A stretch of 64,000 nucleotides of DNA from Okamejei kenojei (taxonomy: Eukaryota), in the NCBI GenBank assembly GCA_035221665.1, contig CM069153.1:33852001-33916000 (forward strand), given 5' to 3'. Under the pieces are notes generated by a model that was not told where the DNA came from, did not search any database, and saw only the letters and a program-made list of their open reading frames with translations. Of this stretch, positions 51,416 through 64,000 are shown piece by piece. Numbering within the stretch: the stretch's first letter is position 1; each line of letters begins with the position of its first letter. Both the position numbers and the translations under genes were made by a program.

Positions 51416-52754
51416 CTAAATAAAACATATTAATTCAGAACGCTTATAATATCAATAGCATATTTTAAACTAATATTGTGTAATTAATCTATATCAGTAA
51501 TGGGAAGTCAGTTCATAATGTTTCAGATGACATACATTTTTCCCCTTATTTAATTCTGTCCTTTTTGACATAGTGGAAGCAACAGACGCAATATTAAATG
51601 GTTCAAATCATTCAATAAGATCATGTCTGGCCTTCTACAAGATCATTGTTCTGAACCCAATAGCCAAAGATTTGCTAACATCTGACTGAAGAAATGTCTC
51701 CTCGATCCTGTCCAAAAAAGCTTACCTTGAAGCTTTGGCCCCTCTGGCTGAAAAAGCATGGTCGCAGTAATTTATCTCTCAGCATTTATTCCATTACACT
51801 TAAATTAATTACCTGTTAATTTTCAAAACTTTAATTGATACGGGCCTGCTGAATATCCTTTCAAAGAACTACTTTTCATCTTTGATATCTAATTATTGGC
51901 CCAGATCTTCTCCTTAAGGGTTTTAAGCCTTCATGCATTCAACAAAGCATGTCTTTAATTCCGATATCCAGCATCTGGAGTTTTTTTCCCTTTGCAATTA
52001 ACTTCCTCATGCAAATAGGCCATTGTTAGTCCATTATTCTTATTCTTTAAATTTGTTTTCTGCTATCAAGATAAACATAAAATATTTGTTTAAAAAATCA
52101 CTTATTTTCATAATTTCCCATTATAATTTCTCCTGCCATTGCCATTGCGAAACACTGCCTAACTTTTGATTATTTTGATTTTTTACAAATTTATGGCAGT
52201 TTTTATAATCTTTTATATTGGAGCTACTGAATACCTTATATTCCTAGATGTCCAAGCGTACTCACACTAAATTTTGACTTTTTTCCATTTATTTCCATTG
52301 TAAAATGTTATCTCTGATTGTTGATTGCTGCTCTTAGCATGTTATCAAGTCAGATTGGGGAAATAACCTTGAGTCTCTCTGGCTGATACTGACCATCCAA
52401 TTAATCAGTAGACTTGATGGGCTGAAAGGGCCTTTTCTGTGCTGTACCAATCTGTCTCAATGATCCAATTATATTTTGATCCGGAATGCAGTGCCCAACA
52501 CGATGAATGGCATAGATTTAGCAGCAATTTTCAAAAACAAATTATATAAATACTAAAAGAGAGAAATTTGTAGCACTCTGCCGAAAAAGGTGGTAAAATT
52601 AGATTAACTAAACAATGATTCATAGAATAAAACAGGCTGGAAGATTTCTTTCTGTACTGTCCCACCCTATAATTGTACCTCATGACAATTTTCAGAAAGA
52701 TAGCAACCTTGGCACATCACAATTCTAAGGCATGGACATCTATTTTTATTTCAG

Positions 52755-52880
52755 CTCTTCAAAGGGAAGTTTTACTTCTGTTTTGGGGAAGACATAAGAA
52801 ATGTTACCAACAAATCTGACTGTCTTCAAGGCAACTACATGTGGATCCGACACAAGTACAACTTTGACAACTTGGGGCAG
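52755..52880 (+). CDS. CACNA1G: Cav3.1 exon (approx. exon 23), domain III extracellular turret
   Basis: ttatttcag|CTCTTC...GGGCAG|gtatgc; 126 nt, phase 0/0; [42 protein letters not shown] with N-glycosylation sequons NVT and NKS. Confidence 0.97.
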
Positions 52881-53663
52881 GTATGCCAGGATTTGGAAAG
52901 CATGTTATAATAAGCCGGGTCCTTGAACTCATGTTGGATCTTTTGAGCTGTTCATGGTGCAGCCTTTACCTTTCTGTCAGAACTACGCAACAAAGATTAG
53001 CCATTTCTACACCCAAAAGTCAACTAATTTTAACATATCTCCGGACGATGATTGACTTCAACATAAACATTGACAAGAAAAGCTGCATACCTCACTGATA
53101 GTTTTCAAGGTTTATATAATCACAAAAGTCAAGGGCTGAGCTTCTGTCACCTGTCAATACTTGACCTCCGTAGACATAAAAAACTATTGGAGCAAATAAA
53201 ATGTATTAAGGGTATTACGTTGGAAAGGTAATTAAAATTAAACCATACATAAATTATAAAAAAGCTTTAAAGTTGTTGTTTTTTAAATGGAACAAATTAA
53301 TGGCAGGTAAGAACTCTTGATTAGTACAGGTGCCAGAGGTTATGGGGAGAAGGCAGGAGAATAGGGTTAGGAGGGAGAGATAGATCAGCCATGATTGAAT
53401 GGCAGAGTAGACTTGATGGGCAGAATGGCCTAGTTCTACTCCTATTCCTTATGACCCTATGGCATTATGAACTCAAGAAAATGGGAGCAGAATCCGGACA
53501 CCAGGCTCCCCAAGCCTGTCCTGCCATTCAACGTGAACATGGCTGATCAATAATGGCTTCCAATTATCATCTGTGACAATGCCCTCAGTTCCTCAATAGT
53601 TCATATACCTATCTCCACCGTGTAAATATGTAATGATCAGGCTTCCACCACCATTGGTGGTAA

Positions 53664-53954
53664 AGGGGCTGTCCCACTGTACGGGGTAATTCAAGAGTTC
53701 TCCCGAGTTTCCCCTGATTCGAACTCGGAGAATTACGGTAATAGCCGCTCGTAGGTACCCGGAGCTCTCTTGGACATTTTTTAACATGTTGAAAAAACTT
53801 CCAGAGCTTACTGCATTGCCCGAGTACCTGCCGTTAGCTTTACGAGCAGCTAAGAGACGTCCCGAGCTCCGTACATTCTACGTACTTACCACAAATTTGA
53901 TTTTTTTTAACTTGGGAGAGCTCTTAGGTAAACTCATATAGTGGGACAGGCCCT
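53664..53954. mobile_element. PIF/Harbinger-type MITE (second subfamily)
   Basis: TAA|AGGGGCTGTCCCACT...AGTGGGACAGGCCCT|TAA; same TIR and TSD as 3324-3550 with a diverged interior. Confidence 0.85.
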
Positions 53955-54571
53955 TAAAGAGTCCTAGAGATTCACTACAGGGTCTCTATATCGGGGAGAT
54001 ATCCAAGATGTGATTCTGTATGATACTGGGAATTCCCAGCAAGCCTGGGCCTTGCCACTGGACTTCAGTTGCAGACAGATTGGGCCATCCAAATTCCTCT
54101 GCAATGCCCAAAATGTTGTTTTTGTCATTACATTTCATGAACTAAGAATTAGAGGAACAGCTCTATGCTCCTGTCTCTTCCCTTGCTCCTTTCCCCATTA
54201 CTTTAATACATTCTACTCAAATAATATTAAATTCTGGATGCCAGCTTTGTAATCTGCCCATATTCTGAATCATTTATCATTGGTTTGTTAATTTTTATAT
54301 TTGGCATACACTAAATCATGGAAGAAGAAATTATTGGAATTGATCAGTGGAAATTAATTGCTCCTGCAGTAGTGGGTACTCTGTTTAAGTGACAAGAGAT
54401 TAGAATCTTCGCTGTGTGGGACCGGAAGCAGCTGGAGTGAGTGTTGCTTGTGTCACGTTGCAAGAAAATGATTTATTTCATTGCCAAAACAAATGTTCAT
54501 GATCATCCCTACATAATATATGGTTCATCACATGTTACTGGATCTAATATTAAATTTTCTCCCACTAACAG

Positions 54572-54661
54572 GCCCTGATGTCCTTGTTTGTTCTTGCATC
54601 GAAGGATGGGTGGGTTGACATTATGTATGACGGTTTGGATGCAGTAGGGGTGGATCAACAG
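54572..54661 (+). CDS. CACNA1G: Cav3.1 exon (approx. exon 24), domain III selectivity filter
   Basis: cactaacag|GCCCTG...CAACAG|gtaatg; 90 nt, phase 0/0; [30 protein letters not shown]; SKDGW Asp is diagnostic of the EEDD T-type filter. Confidence 0.97.
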
Positions 54662-55859
54662 GTAATGTTAACTTAATTATTACAATTTCAATTTGCGATA
54701 TTGCAAAACTTAAGTGCAAAATAAGTCTATAATTATGATGTTATTGTGTCTGTACTTCACAATTGCCATATCCAATACCAATCTCCTAACTATTTATGAA
54801 CACTTGCACTACTTTGCGCGTATAAATTTAATATCAGTAGACTTGACCGCCAACATTCCCAACAGCAGAAAGAAAGATTTATAATGATGTAACACTTTTA
54901 ACAACAGACCAATTCAATAATTTCTTATGAGTGCATTCACCATTGTCATGTATGAAACATAGCATATAGCATGCTGCCACAATCAACAAAGAGATTATAT
55001 CCAATTGTCCCAGAGATACTGCCTGACCTGCAGAGTTCCTCCAGCACTTTTGTTCCTCCAGCACTCCAGTCCTCTTTTGTTTCAGACTTCCGTTGAGAGG
55101 AAAGTGCAGCCTGGTCACCAGGGGGAGCTCTACTGCTCTAATTTGGATGTTGTTGCGATCTTTAACAATGAATAACCAATTCCTATTCCATGTTTTACAT
55201 TCGTATTTTTCATGGCATTAACTCTGCCACTAAAGTTTATTTCACTTGAAAACAAGTGAAGAGAAGATGCTTAGTTGTAACCTAAACACACCATCAAAAC
55301 TACTGTCCATGATTGAAAGTGTGCCAACATTCATACATTAAACAATATATTTACTTTTTTTATATTTTGCATTAGTGACTTGTGATGTCAGACTATTTCA
55401 CGGGGTTGTCAATATTAATCTCTTCATTGCCAGTAGCTGGGTGGGAGGGTGGGTGGAATTGTGCATATCTCCAGAGTTCCAAATTGGTTCGTTGACCTTC
55501 TGCAGATTATCAGTGTCAATTGGTAGGGAGGCTGTGGGCGACTCTACTTTCATCACCATCGGCCTAAAGCTATTACGTATCCTCTCTCGCAACCACAGAC
55601 AATTTTCATACTCAAAACACCTCCCATTTTGGACAAGGCTTGGCAATTTCCCTAACTACTGCCATCATTTTCTTTACCAAATCCACAGAATAAGGATAAG
55701 AACAAAGGTAATAAGAATTAGTGATGGCCATTAGATCTAGCACCAAGCTAAGTTACTGGACTACTTAACCTACAAGTAAATGATAGAATAGACTGGGGAA
55801 AAATATGAAGGATAACATTTGCCATCAACCATGACCTGATGCTAGACTGACTAGTTTCC

Positions 55860-56075
55860 ACGGATTCACAACTCTCTGGGTGAAAAGTTTTTCCTCATCT
55901 CAGTCATAAATGGTCTATCCCTTATTCCTAAACTGTGACCCCTGCTTCTGGACTCCCCCAACATCGGGAACATTTTTCCTGCATCTACCCTGTCCAATCC
56001 CTTAAGAATTGTATATGTTTCTATAAGATCCCCTCTCATTCTTCTAAATTCCAGTAGAAGCCCAGTCGATCCTTC
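55860..56075 (-). mobile_element. CR1-type LINE ORF2 C-terminal fragment
   Basis: LEFRRMRGDLIETYTILKGLDRVDAGKMFPMLGESRSRGHSL. Confidence 0.9.
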
Positions 56076-56677
56076 TACTGCAGAACTATGCAAAGAGGAC
56101 TCACACCTGAATGCATCCAATTTTATTTCCTGATCAACACAAAGCAACCCAGTTATGTCTGATATCATGTTTTGTTTGGGAAAATAATCAGTTTTTAATC
56201 ACATTGCATGTGGGGGGAAAGATCTGAAGAAATCAAAGCAATTCAGAGTACATTTTAAGAAGTACTAACTTAAAGCTGTGGCAAGAGTGTAAACAGGATT
56301 TCCTGGGTGGTGTTGTGCTTGGGGACATTAACAATGTGGAAAGACTGGGGAATTTGTGGTATTTCTTCAATGAGCAAAGAATTTTAATGAGATATTTAAT
56401 ACAGATTCATAATTCTGGGGGGTTTGGTGGGAGAGTGAAACTGGAGGGAAGGTTTATAACCATGGCGCACATTTTTACCATGTTTGGCAATAATGAAATT
56501 GGACAAATATGCAACACTTTTTTTCCAGTTTTTTTTAGGATCTGGACTCCACTGCCCAAAAATATGGTAGAAATATTATGGGAAAGGTGCAACTGGGTAG
56601 GACCATGGTGGTTCTTTAAAAGGGTTGACAAGGCCTCATGGGTGCATTCCTTAATGTTGTTGCCTTTCAACTTTCAG

Positions 56678-56891
56678 CCGGTCATGAACAACAACCCATG
56701 GATGCTCCTTTACTTTATCTCCTTCCTGCTCATCGTGGCCTTCTTTGTGCTGAACATGTTTGTCGGGGTGGTGGTGGAGAACTTCCACAAGTGCCGGAAG
56801 CACCAGGAGGTGGAGGAGGCCAAGCTGCGCGAGGAGAAGCGTCTCCGACGCATGGAGAAAAAGAGACGGAGTAAGGAGAAACAACTGGCTG
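56678..56891 (+). CDS. CACNA1G: Cav3.1 exon 25 (domain III S6, III-IV linker) with alternative 5' splice sites; 25C = 56871-56891
   Basis: ctttcag|CCGGTC...CGGA|gtaagg (donor after 56870) or ...CTGGCTG|gtcggt (donor after 56891); [64 protein letters not shown][SKEKQLA]; both donors phase 1. Confidence 0.96.
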
Positions 56892-59204
56892 GTCGGTAGT
56901 TTTTCTTGTATCTTTCTGAGTCGTGCTTGACCTTTGGCACCACTTCTCAGTGCCTGACAATTGGGATATCCCAGAGCATGCCAGTTAGGCATCTGCATGG
57001 TAGAATGAGCTGGGCTAAAACAAAAGGTCCCATCAACCAATGCAAAAAGTTGCCATGTCATACCTTACTTGCATGTTTTGGTAGCAACCTTTTCAGAGGA
57101 CAAACCGTCTTCTGCCCAAAGCATTCTCATAAATACAGTACCTGAAAAACATGATGTGCAATAGTGCAAAGATATTGGCTCCAAAGTGCCATCAGTTTCT
57201 TATCACTTATGCATGATGCTCTTCTCGTTGAAGGAGTCGATGTCCTGCACTATTGACCTGTAAGTGCACTCGCTGTTTGTGTTATTGGATTTTTGTTTTA
57301 CAACTTATATCACGACTGCTTTTCAGCCCTTCACTTCCCACAGCTTGGGACAACACAGAGAACATAACGAATCTGTAGGCAATACTCTACATTCATTGAA
57401 TTCTGTCTTGCACAGAAACTTTTTTTTAACTAAAGTCGGTTGGGAAATAGAAATGGAAAGGAAGAAATTATAATTGAAAACAAAGGTGCTACATATTTTA
57501 GTGATGAGAGAGCTGCTGTATTGCAAGATACTGACTTTCCCCATATGTTCAATAAAATGGCTTGATTAAAGTCGACAGCCATAAGGCACTGCATTTATTT
57601 GGTGACTGTTAGTACACTTGTGCTTAACATTTTTTAAGTGAATATTTATCTGAGCAGACATCAGGCAGTTATTTTAGGAAGGATCAGTGATAAGCAGTTG
57701 ACAAATTTTGTTTAGAAACTTTATAGAACATAAACTATTTAACCTGCTATAGTAAACCATATTTTATTCTATCTGGTTTGATGGTCTGAATGATGCATTT
57801 CATTACACAACTGAGATACATTCACGTGTTTGTCTGTTATCTTGACATTGCATTTTAAGTTGCTCTCTTAGGCTTTAGATAATATTGCATTCATAATAAA
57901 CCTTTACTCAGTTTATGGGACAAAGGGAACACTTAAATGGGGATGTCGTCCTCCTTAATTGTCAAAATATGTTTCTCCCATTATTATCACAAACTAATCT
58001 TCCACAGGTCTGTTGTTGCTGACTTGTGTTTAGCTATGGCTCATGAAGGTTATGCTTCTAGATTTCAACGTGGCTTTATTTGTAGCGCACCAGTTCCATA
58101 GACTAAGTCCAATGTCCCCTATTGGGTAGAAGTGAATCGGACAGTACCACAGCTTACGGAAGGATCATTCAGAAGCTGATTACAGAGGGCCAGAAGCTGT
58201 TCCTGAGTCAAGTGGTGCATGCATTCAAGCTTCTGTATCTCCTGACTGATGGGATAAGGAAAAGAACAAATGACCGGGGTGGACAAGTTTTTGATTATGT
58301 TGGCTGCTTAGTGGCCTTAGAGTAAGCAGGTTACGTTTATTAAGACCTTAGATGTAGAGTAAGTAGCAGAAGTTTATCACAATGTCCAGCATTTGCAGAA
58401 CTGATCGATTTTACTGGCCTCAGTGGCACTGGATAAAGAACAGTCGTGGAGTCTTAGAGAGATACAGTTCTTTGGGCCACCAGGTCGACACCAACCATCA
58501 ACCTCTCATTTTTATTTATCCTACATTAATCCCATTTTTTATCATCCCACGTTTTCAGATCATGATAAAATGTCCTGCATCTCTCATGTACTGTTGGTAC
58601 TGATGAGGAGGGGTTACCTTGCCCCACTTTAGCCCTCTAGAGAAGAGCAGAACAACACAAACTTTGTAACGGCACAAAAAATCATGTTGTCATGAGAACA
58701 AATAATAATGTGACACTAGAATTTTGCAGAGAAGAGTATCATAGAGCTAGAGACAAGGAGTGATGTCTGTGCCTGCGTTGATAGGGGAGGTGGGCACTGG
58801 ATACATTAAGGATGTTTTGCTGTGCACCAGAGACAACATAATATCATCCTGTAAAGACACTAGCCTCATGGTAGACAAGCACCAACAGCACACACAACAG
58901 TTTCCAGGGGGGTGAGAAGAGCTTCAGGGGAGAGGCAAGGTGTTCCCTGGTTCACACAATGTTATGTTGAAGTCTTAATGCAAGGGATATAGAGAGGAGG
59001 GATGTCCTTGGAATCAGTGGCAAATGGCAGTGGGAGGTGGTGGAAAATATTAATTGAGGCCTGAAATAAAACTCTGGCATCAGAATGGTACCAGTGACAT
59101 CATGATACTCTAACTAAAACTAACAGACACCACCTTCTTGAGGCAGGAACAAATCGGAAACATCTGAGTAGCACTGGGACCACTAGTACAACACCTCAGA
59201 CGCC

Positions 59205-60542
59205 ACTTTCCCCTTTCTTGATCTCTCTATTTCCATCACAGGAGACAGAATATTGTCTGACGTCTACTACAAACCCACTGACTCCCACAGCCATCTGGAC
59301 TACAACTCCTCCCACCCTGCCTCTTGCAAAGTCACTAGCCCCTATTTACAATTTTTCCATCTCCACCGCATCTGCTGCCAGGATGACGGTTTCCATTCAA
59401 GGACATTTAAGATGCCATCTCTCTTCAGTAAACATAGATGGATCTCACACCCACATCGCTTTTGTGTCCTGTAATTCTGCTCTCGCTCCCCATCCCCCCC
59501 CCCCCCCGATAGAACAAGGATAGAGTTCTCCTGGTCCTTACCTTTCACCTCACCAGCTTCCTCATCCATCACATTATTGTCCAACATTTCTGCACTTCCA
59601 ATGAGTTCAGTTCAGTTCAGACACCAGTCATATCTTCCTACCCCCACCTTCCCATCCACACAGCTTTCTGCCATTTGCGGAGACTGTTCCCTCAGCAACT
59701 TTTTGGTTCATTTTTCCTTTCCCACCCAAACCATGTCCTCCCCAGAACATTCCTCTAAAACCGCAAGAGATGTAACACCTATCCCTGTACCTCCTCCTTC
59801 ACATCCACCTGGGGATCCCAGCAGTCCTTCCAGGTGAGACAGAGCACCTTCTCACATTCATGTGCACCTTCTCTAACCTAATCTAGTGCATCAGGTGTTC
59901 CCAGTGTGGCCTCCTTTACATCGGTGAGACCAAGCATTGGGTCAGCAACTGTTCCGCCAAACACTTGCCCTGGGTCCGCCAAAGCTTACTGTGTCTCCCG
60001 GTTGCTAACCACTTTAACTTTTCTTCCCATTCTCATCCATTGCGAGGTTGAGGCCTCATACAAACTAAAGAAACAGCACCTCATATTCCACTTGGGTAGC
60101 TTACAACCCAACTGTATGAACATTGAATTCCCCAATTTTAAGTAACTTAATCAAACCCCCCTTTCCTTCCCCCCTCTTTTCCTTAGGTCTCACTTGGACT
60201 CACACCCATTTCTTCCCACACTCTCCCCTCCAACCTGAATTCCCTCCTCTAATTTCACAATTCACAACTTTCCTATCCTTATTTCCATTCCCTGTCCAAA
60301 CCCCCCCTCACCTATATCCACATATTACTTGCCAGGCTTTGTCCTTCCCCTCTTTTCTTCCTGCTTCCCCCCCCCCCCCCCCCTGCTTCCCCCCCCCATC
60401 CTGAAGCCAATCAGTTTGAAGAAAGGCCCCAACCCGTTACGTCACCTATCCATGTTCTCCAGAGATACTGCCTGACCTACTGAGTTACTACAGCACTTTG
60501 TGTCCTTTTTTGTAAACCAGCATCTGCAGTTCCTTGTTTCTA
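59205..60542 (+). mobile_element. Older, decayed Penelope-like element
   Basis: DVYYKPTDSHSHLDYNSSHPASCK; LLYIGETKH (YIG motif); same layout and tail as 37602-38938 with many frameshifts and stops. Confidence 0.88.
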
Positions 60543-62306
60543 GGGGTTTCAAAAACACTGGGATCCAGTAGAGATTCATAGCACCTTGTGAAATTGGCAC
60601 GGAGATGGGGTCGGTAGTGGCATGTCATGTTAGGATTTGTCTTGTTTATGCTTCAAAAGTTTCAAAGAGCTGTACAAAAAGTCTAGCTGTCAGAACTAAA
60701 AATACTTGACTTTGAGTGTTGAAACAATGTAACCTAGAAATTGATTTCACTCATTTTGTTAACTCATTACATGTTCTGCATGAAATCGTAAACTGAGTCA
60801 CAAATGGATGTAAAACATAGTCAGGGTTACGGAATGGTTTACGCACAGAAATGTGCTAAAGGGGGACTTAAATAGCCCCCGACAGGTCCACAATCAATTT
60901 GGTCCAGCTGCCAACACAATACTGCACAGTATTGACAGAAAGGTGTTGCCCTTAAAGGAACACTTCCCATGTCAGCCAGACATAAGCAGTACATATTACG
61001 TAAGCACCTTGCTTTGAGTCATGAGATTGTTCAGTCAGATTTCATTGTCAGCAGATTGTCCTATTAAATAATAAATAATGCATCAAACTAGCACAACAAT
61101 AGAAATAGAAAATGCCAGATACCTCAGCCACATCTGTTAACTTTTCAAGTCGAAGAGCTTTTGCAGAAATTCCGATCATTGAGATCTCCTGTCAGAGATC
61201 TTCAGATACCAGTTAGTCCCTTCATCTGAACTTTGGGTTTCTGAACTGAAATGTTGCGTCTGTTTCTCCTCAACAGATGCTTCCTGACCTGCTGAGTGTT
61301 TCAAGCATTTTTATTTTTATTTTAGATTTCCAGCATCTGTAGTTTCTTAGATTTGCACAGTACTCAACGTACTTGTGCTGACCCGATTTCACAGTGATCA
61401 AGGGGTGGACATCAGAGTCAAAATTTACATTGGCAAGGACAGAAATGGGCATTTATGAGTATTGACATCATGACAATATATATAAAGCCAACATGCATAG
61501 AGCATGGCACTTTCATGACGAAGGCAGTTTCACCATTTAATGTTCCATGGTGCATATAAACATCCAGTTTCTTAGCTCATGTGTTTATTTGAAAGTCTGT
61601 TCCTAAAGCTTTTCATATCATGACCTTAACATCAAACCGTTTTGACTCATTCTGCTTTGGTGTGTGATAATTTCACAGAAACAGAATATGAATCTTTATA
61701 GTTGTGTATTAGGTACCTGCATCACATTATATCAACTGTCTGCTCTACTATTGGCATTGTGTAAAATGTCTCCTGATTATTGGGATTTTTGAATTATGAA
61801 CTACAGTCTCAAGCAGATCAAAAAAGTTGGGCAAATCATGTTGCGTCCGTTACGCATTCATAAAAAAAATCATTACAGTTAATGGATTGAATAATCAAAG
61901 CAGGCCTTCCAATACAAAAGCAGTCATGGTCAAGGTTGTAATTCAGTGATCCAATAACTCAAACAGCACACAAAGGACAACATTTAAAATCCATCAAATA
62001 TCCCTTGAGAAATACAGATAAAGGTTTTACCACAGATGTAATAACTTAAGATACATTCCAAATATTTAAGTAGGATGAGAATTGTCACATTTCTGACAGA
62101 TATATTTTGTTACTATTTTGTTGCAGGCAGGCAGTGCAAGACGTGTAAAGATAACTTTTTTCCAAAAATTAATATTCCATTTTTTTTAAATCCCTGTGAC
62201 CTTACAGATGTTTTTACTCTATTGAACTGGGGTGTATAAGTTCATATCATTCACTATTCCAAAGAGCAAAGAGCTTCAGATGTGGTGTAATTTGATTTGC
62301 CTGCAG

Positions 62307-62363
62307 GTTGTCACTTTGCTTTGCATGCTCCTCCTCCTATCGATCTTCAGCCGGTTCTTTCTG
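62307..62363 (+). CDS. Candidate 57-nt in-frame cassette exon in the III-IV linker intron (hypothetical)
   Basis: tttgatttgcctgcag|GTTGTCAC...CTTTCTG|gtaatg; phase 1/1, no stop; encodes CHFALHAPPPIDLQPVLS; YCAY clusters on both sides; no recognised homology. Confidence 0.35.
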
Positions 62364-64000
62364 GTAATGTCAGCTCAGCTTCCCCACAGTCTGTGTCTCC
62401 TTCCATCCTCTCACACTTTCTGCATCTTCCTCTCTTTCCGTCACCCTTTCACCTTAAAAATGAAATTAGCAGACTTTGAGCCCTTTTCTTTCATTTCTGA
62501 AAAGATCTGTGACATAAATTTGATTTTTTTTTTTTAAAGTAATGGTTCATGATTGCACTTTTAAATTTGCAAAGATTAAAACATTTTCTGAAGTGATATG
62601 AAAGAGCAAGTCTTCTTACAAGAAAAATTGTATTCACTATTCTAAATAATTTGATGCCCTATGTATCCCCAACAGTTTAACAAAGGGACTTTAGTGTTAC
62701 ACAGATTGCTCCCTCTAGAGTTAAAGATGGAAAAGAATTAGATCAATCTAAATCCATAAATGTTAATGTGACAGCCTGTCTAGTGTCTGGCCACATTTCT
62801 ATTTTTCCATTTTGATAATGTAAGACGTGACATTCAACTCTGTCCACTGCTAAACCATTCTGAAGTATTGTCTCTTCAATGCAAATGCAAATGAAAGAGA
62901 CAACTACGTTAAATTGTTGAAGACAAAGCATTCCCAGATTGGTTGCTGCTGATGTTGTTCTAATATTGACACTTGCTTCAAAGAAGAAGAAAATCACATA
63001 CCACATATTGATTTATCATCTTATGATAACATTGCTTTTTTTTTTTAAGAGGAATAGCTATCAGTTGTTATCTCTCTCTTAGCGTTTCCTAAATATGTTT
63101 ATCATTCAATAGTTCATTCATTTTTGTCCTCCCATATAGACTGCGTGGAATATCGATTTGATTATCAATTGGCTGAGCAGGTGGAAACCACTCGGTCTAA
63201 TTTTTTTCGTCAAAAATATTTTTTAAACTTCAAACTTTGAAAACTCTAGTTAACCCTCTCTTCTTTTCTACCACTTTGTATGATTGCTGCCTGTAACTTT
63301 TCCAGAACCTGTCTTTTCCTGTTCCTTTCCTGTCACAATACTAAAATTTCCTATTGTAACACTTTCCAGAGAGAGCGTTTCTGTGTTCTATTATTGAATT
63401 GAGAGGACAAGCGATCTAATACAGAAAGCAAGTCAGACTTATGTTGGTCTTTGTTGTCAAGCCATTTTTCTGCTTCTGTTTTATACAAGGTACCATATCT
63501 GGTTTCAGACTGCGAACCAGCCGGAGCTGATAGGTTCACAGTCAGGAGCTGGAAAAGCTCTGATCTATCATATAGCACGCAAAATTAGTGATTCGGCTGT
63601 ATTGCCAAAGGCACACACCTCAGAATCTGGATCAAGCGGAACATAACAAGATTTTGGTGCTTTGGTCTTGCTGTCCATGAGACAGGCAGATTACAAAGCG
63701 CATCCCATGTAGGTGTTTCCAGCACAGATATTGGTTATATCACTGGAATTAATTTTGATACCAGTTCAAATTTCTTCCCTTTGTAGATAAATTAATGTGT
63801 ACAAAGGAGCAATTTCAATCTTTTCAATGGGAATCTCCAAAGCAATGTCCCACAATATATATATGAAGAAGGGTTTCAGCCCGAAATATTGCCTATTTCC
63901 TTCTATAGATGCTGCCTCACCTGCTGAGTTTCTCCAGCATTTTTGTCTACCTCCCATAAATATAATGTGGTCATGACCCAAAGACTCTGTTTAGTGACAT

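Noticed and set aside
56315-56677. 5' part of the 194-aa ORF that runs into exon 25
   Set aside because: Chance open intronic frame; channel homology starts exactly at the ctttcag acceptor (56678) in phase with exon 24
1029-56891. Assignment to the paralogues CACNA1H or CACNA1I
   Set aside because: Exon 14 ([18 protein letters not shown]), segment 25C (SKEKQLA) and [11 protein letters not shown] match Cav3.1 specifically
62120-62160. ttgttgcag...cagtgcaag, resembling the AQCK start of the next constitutive exon
   Set aside because: Not followed by PYY or any domain IV S1 sequence; the true exon is probably beyond the window
5242-63981. Remaining 60-160 aa ORFs in the six-frame track
   Set aside because: They overlap repeats, lie antisense to exons or have random composition with no splice or homology support; no nested gene is evident

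Overview
Eukaryotic (vertebrate) genomic DNA. The window is the interior of one large + strand gene, the T-type voltage-gated calcium channel alpha-1G (CACNA1G / Cav3.1). Sixteen GT-AG exons (equivalent to human exons 10-25; numbering from my recall of the human gene) splice into a continuous 2443-nt frame covering domain II S2-S6, the II-III linker, all of domain III and the start of the III-IV linker. They include the Cav3.1-specific cassette exon 14 (69 nt) and the alternative-donor segment 25C (21 nt). Neither the start nor the end of the gene is in the window. The introns are AT-rich and carry CR1-type LINE fragments, V-SINE (HE1-like) tRNA-derived SINEs, Penelope-like elements, Rex/Babar fragments and small MITEs, a repeat set that suggests a cartilaginous fish, probably a skate or ray (inference). 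No prokaryotic system, CRISPR array or RNA gene is supported. The best leads are a candidate unannotated 57-nt in-frame cassette exon and a 26-nt stop-containing micro-exon in the III-IV linker intron, Rbfox/Nova motif clusters near the alternative exons, and hammerhead-ribozyme-like cores in the Penelope tails.
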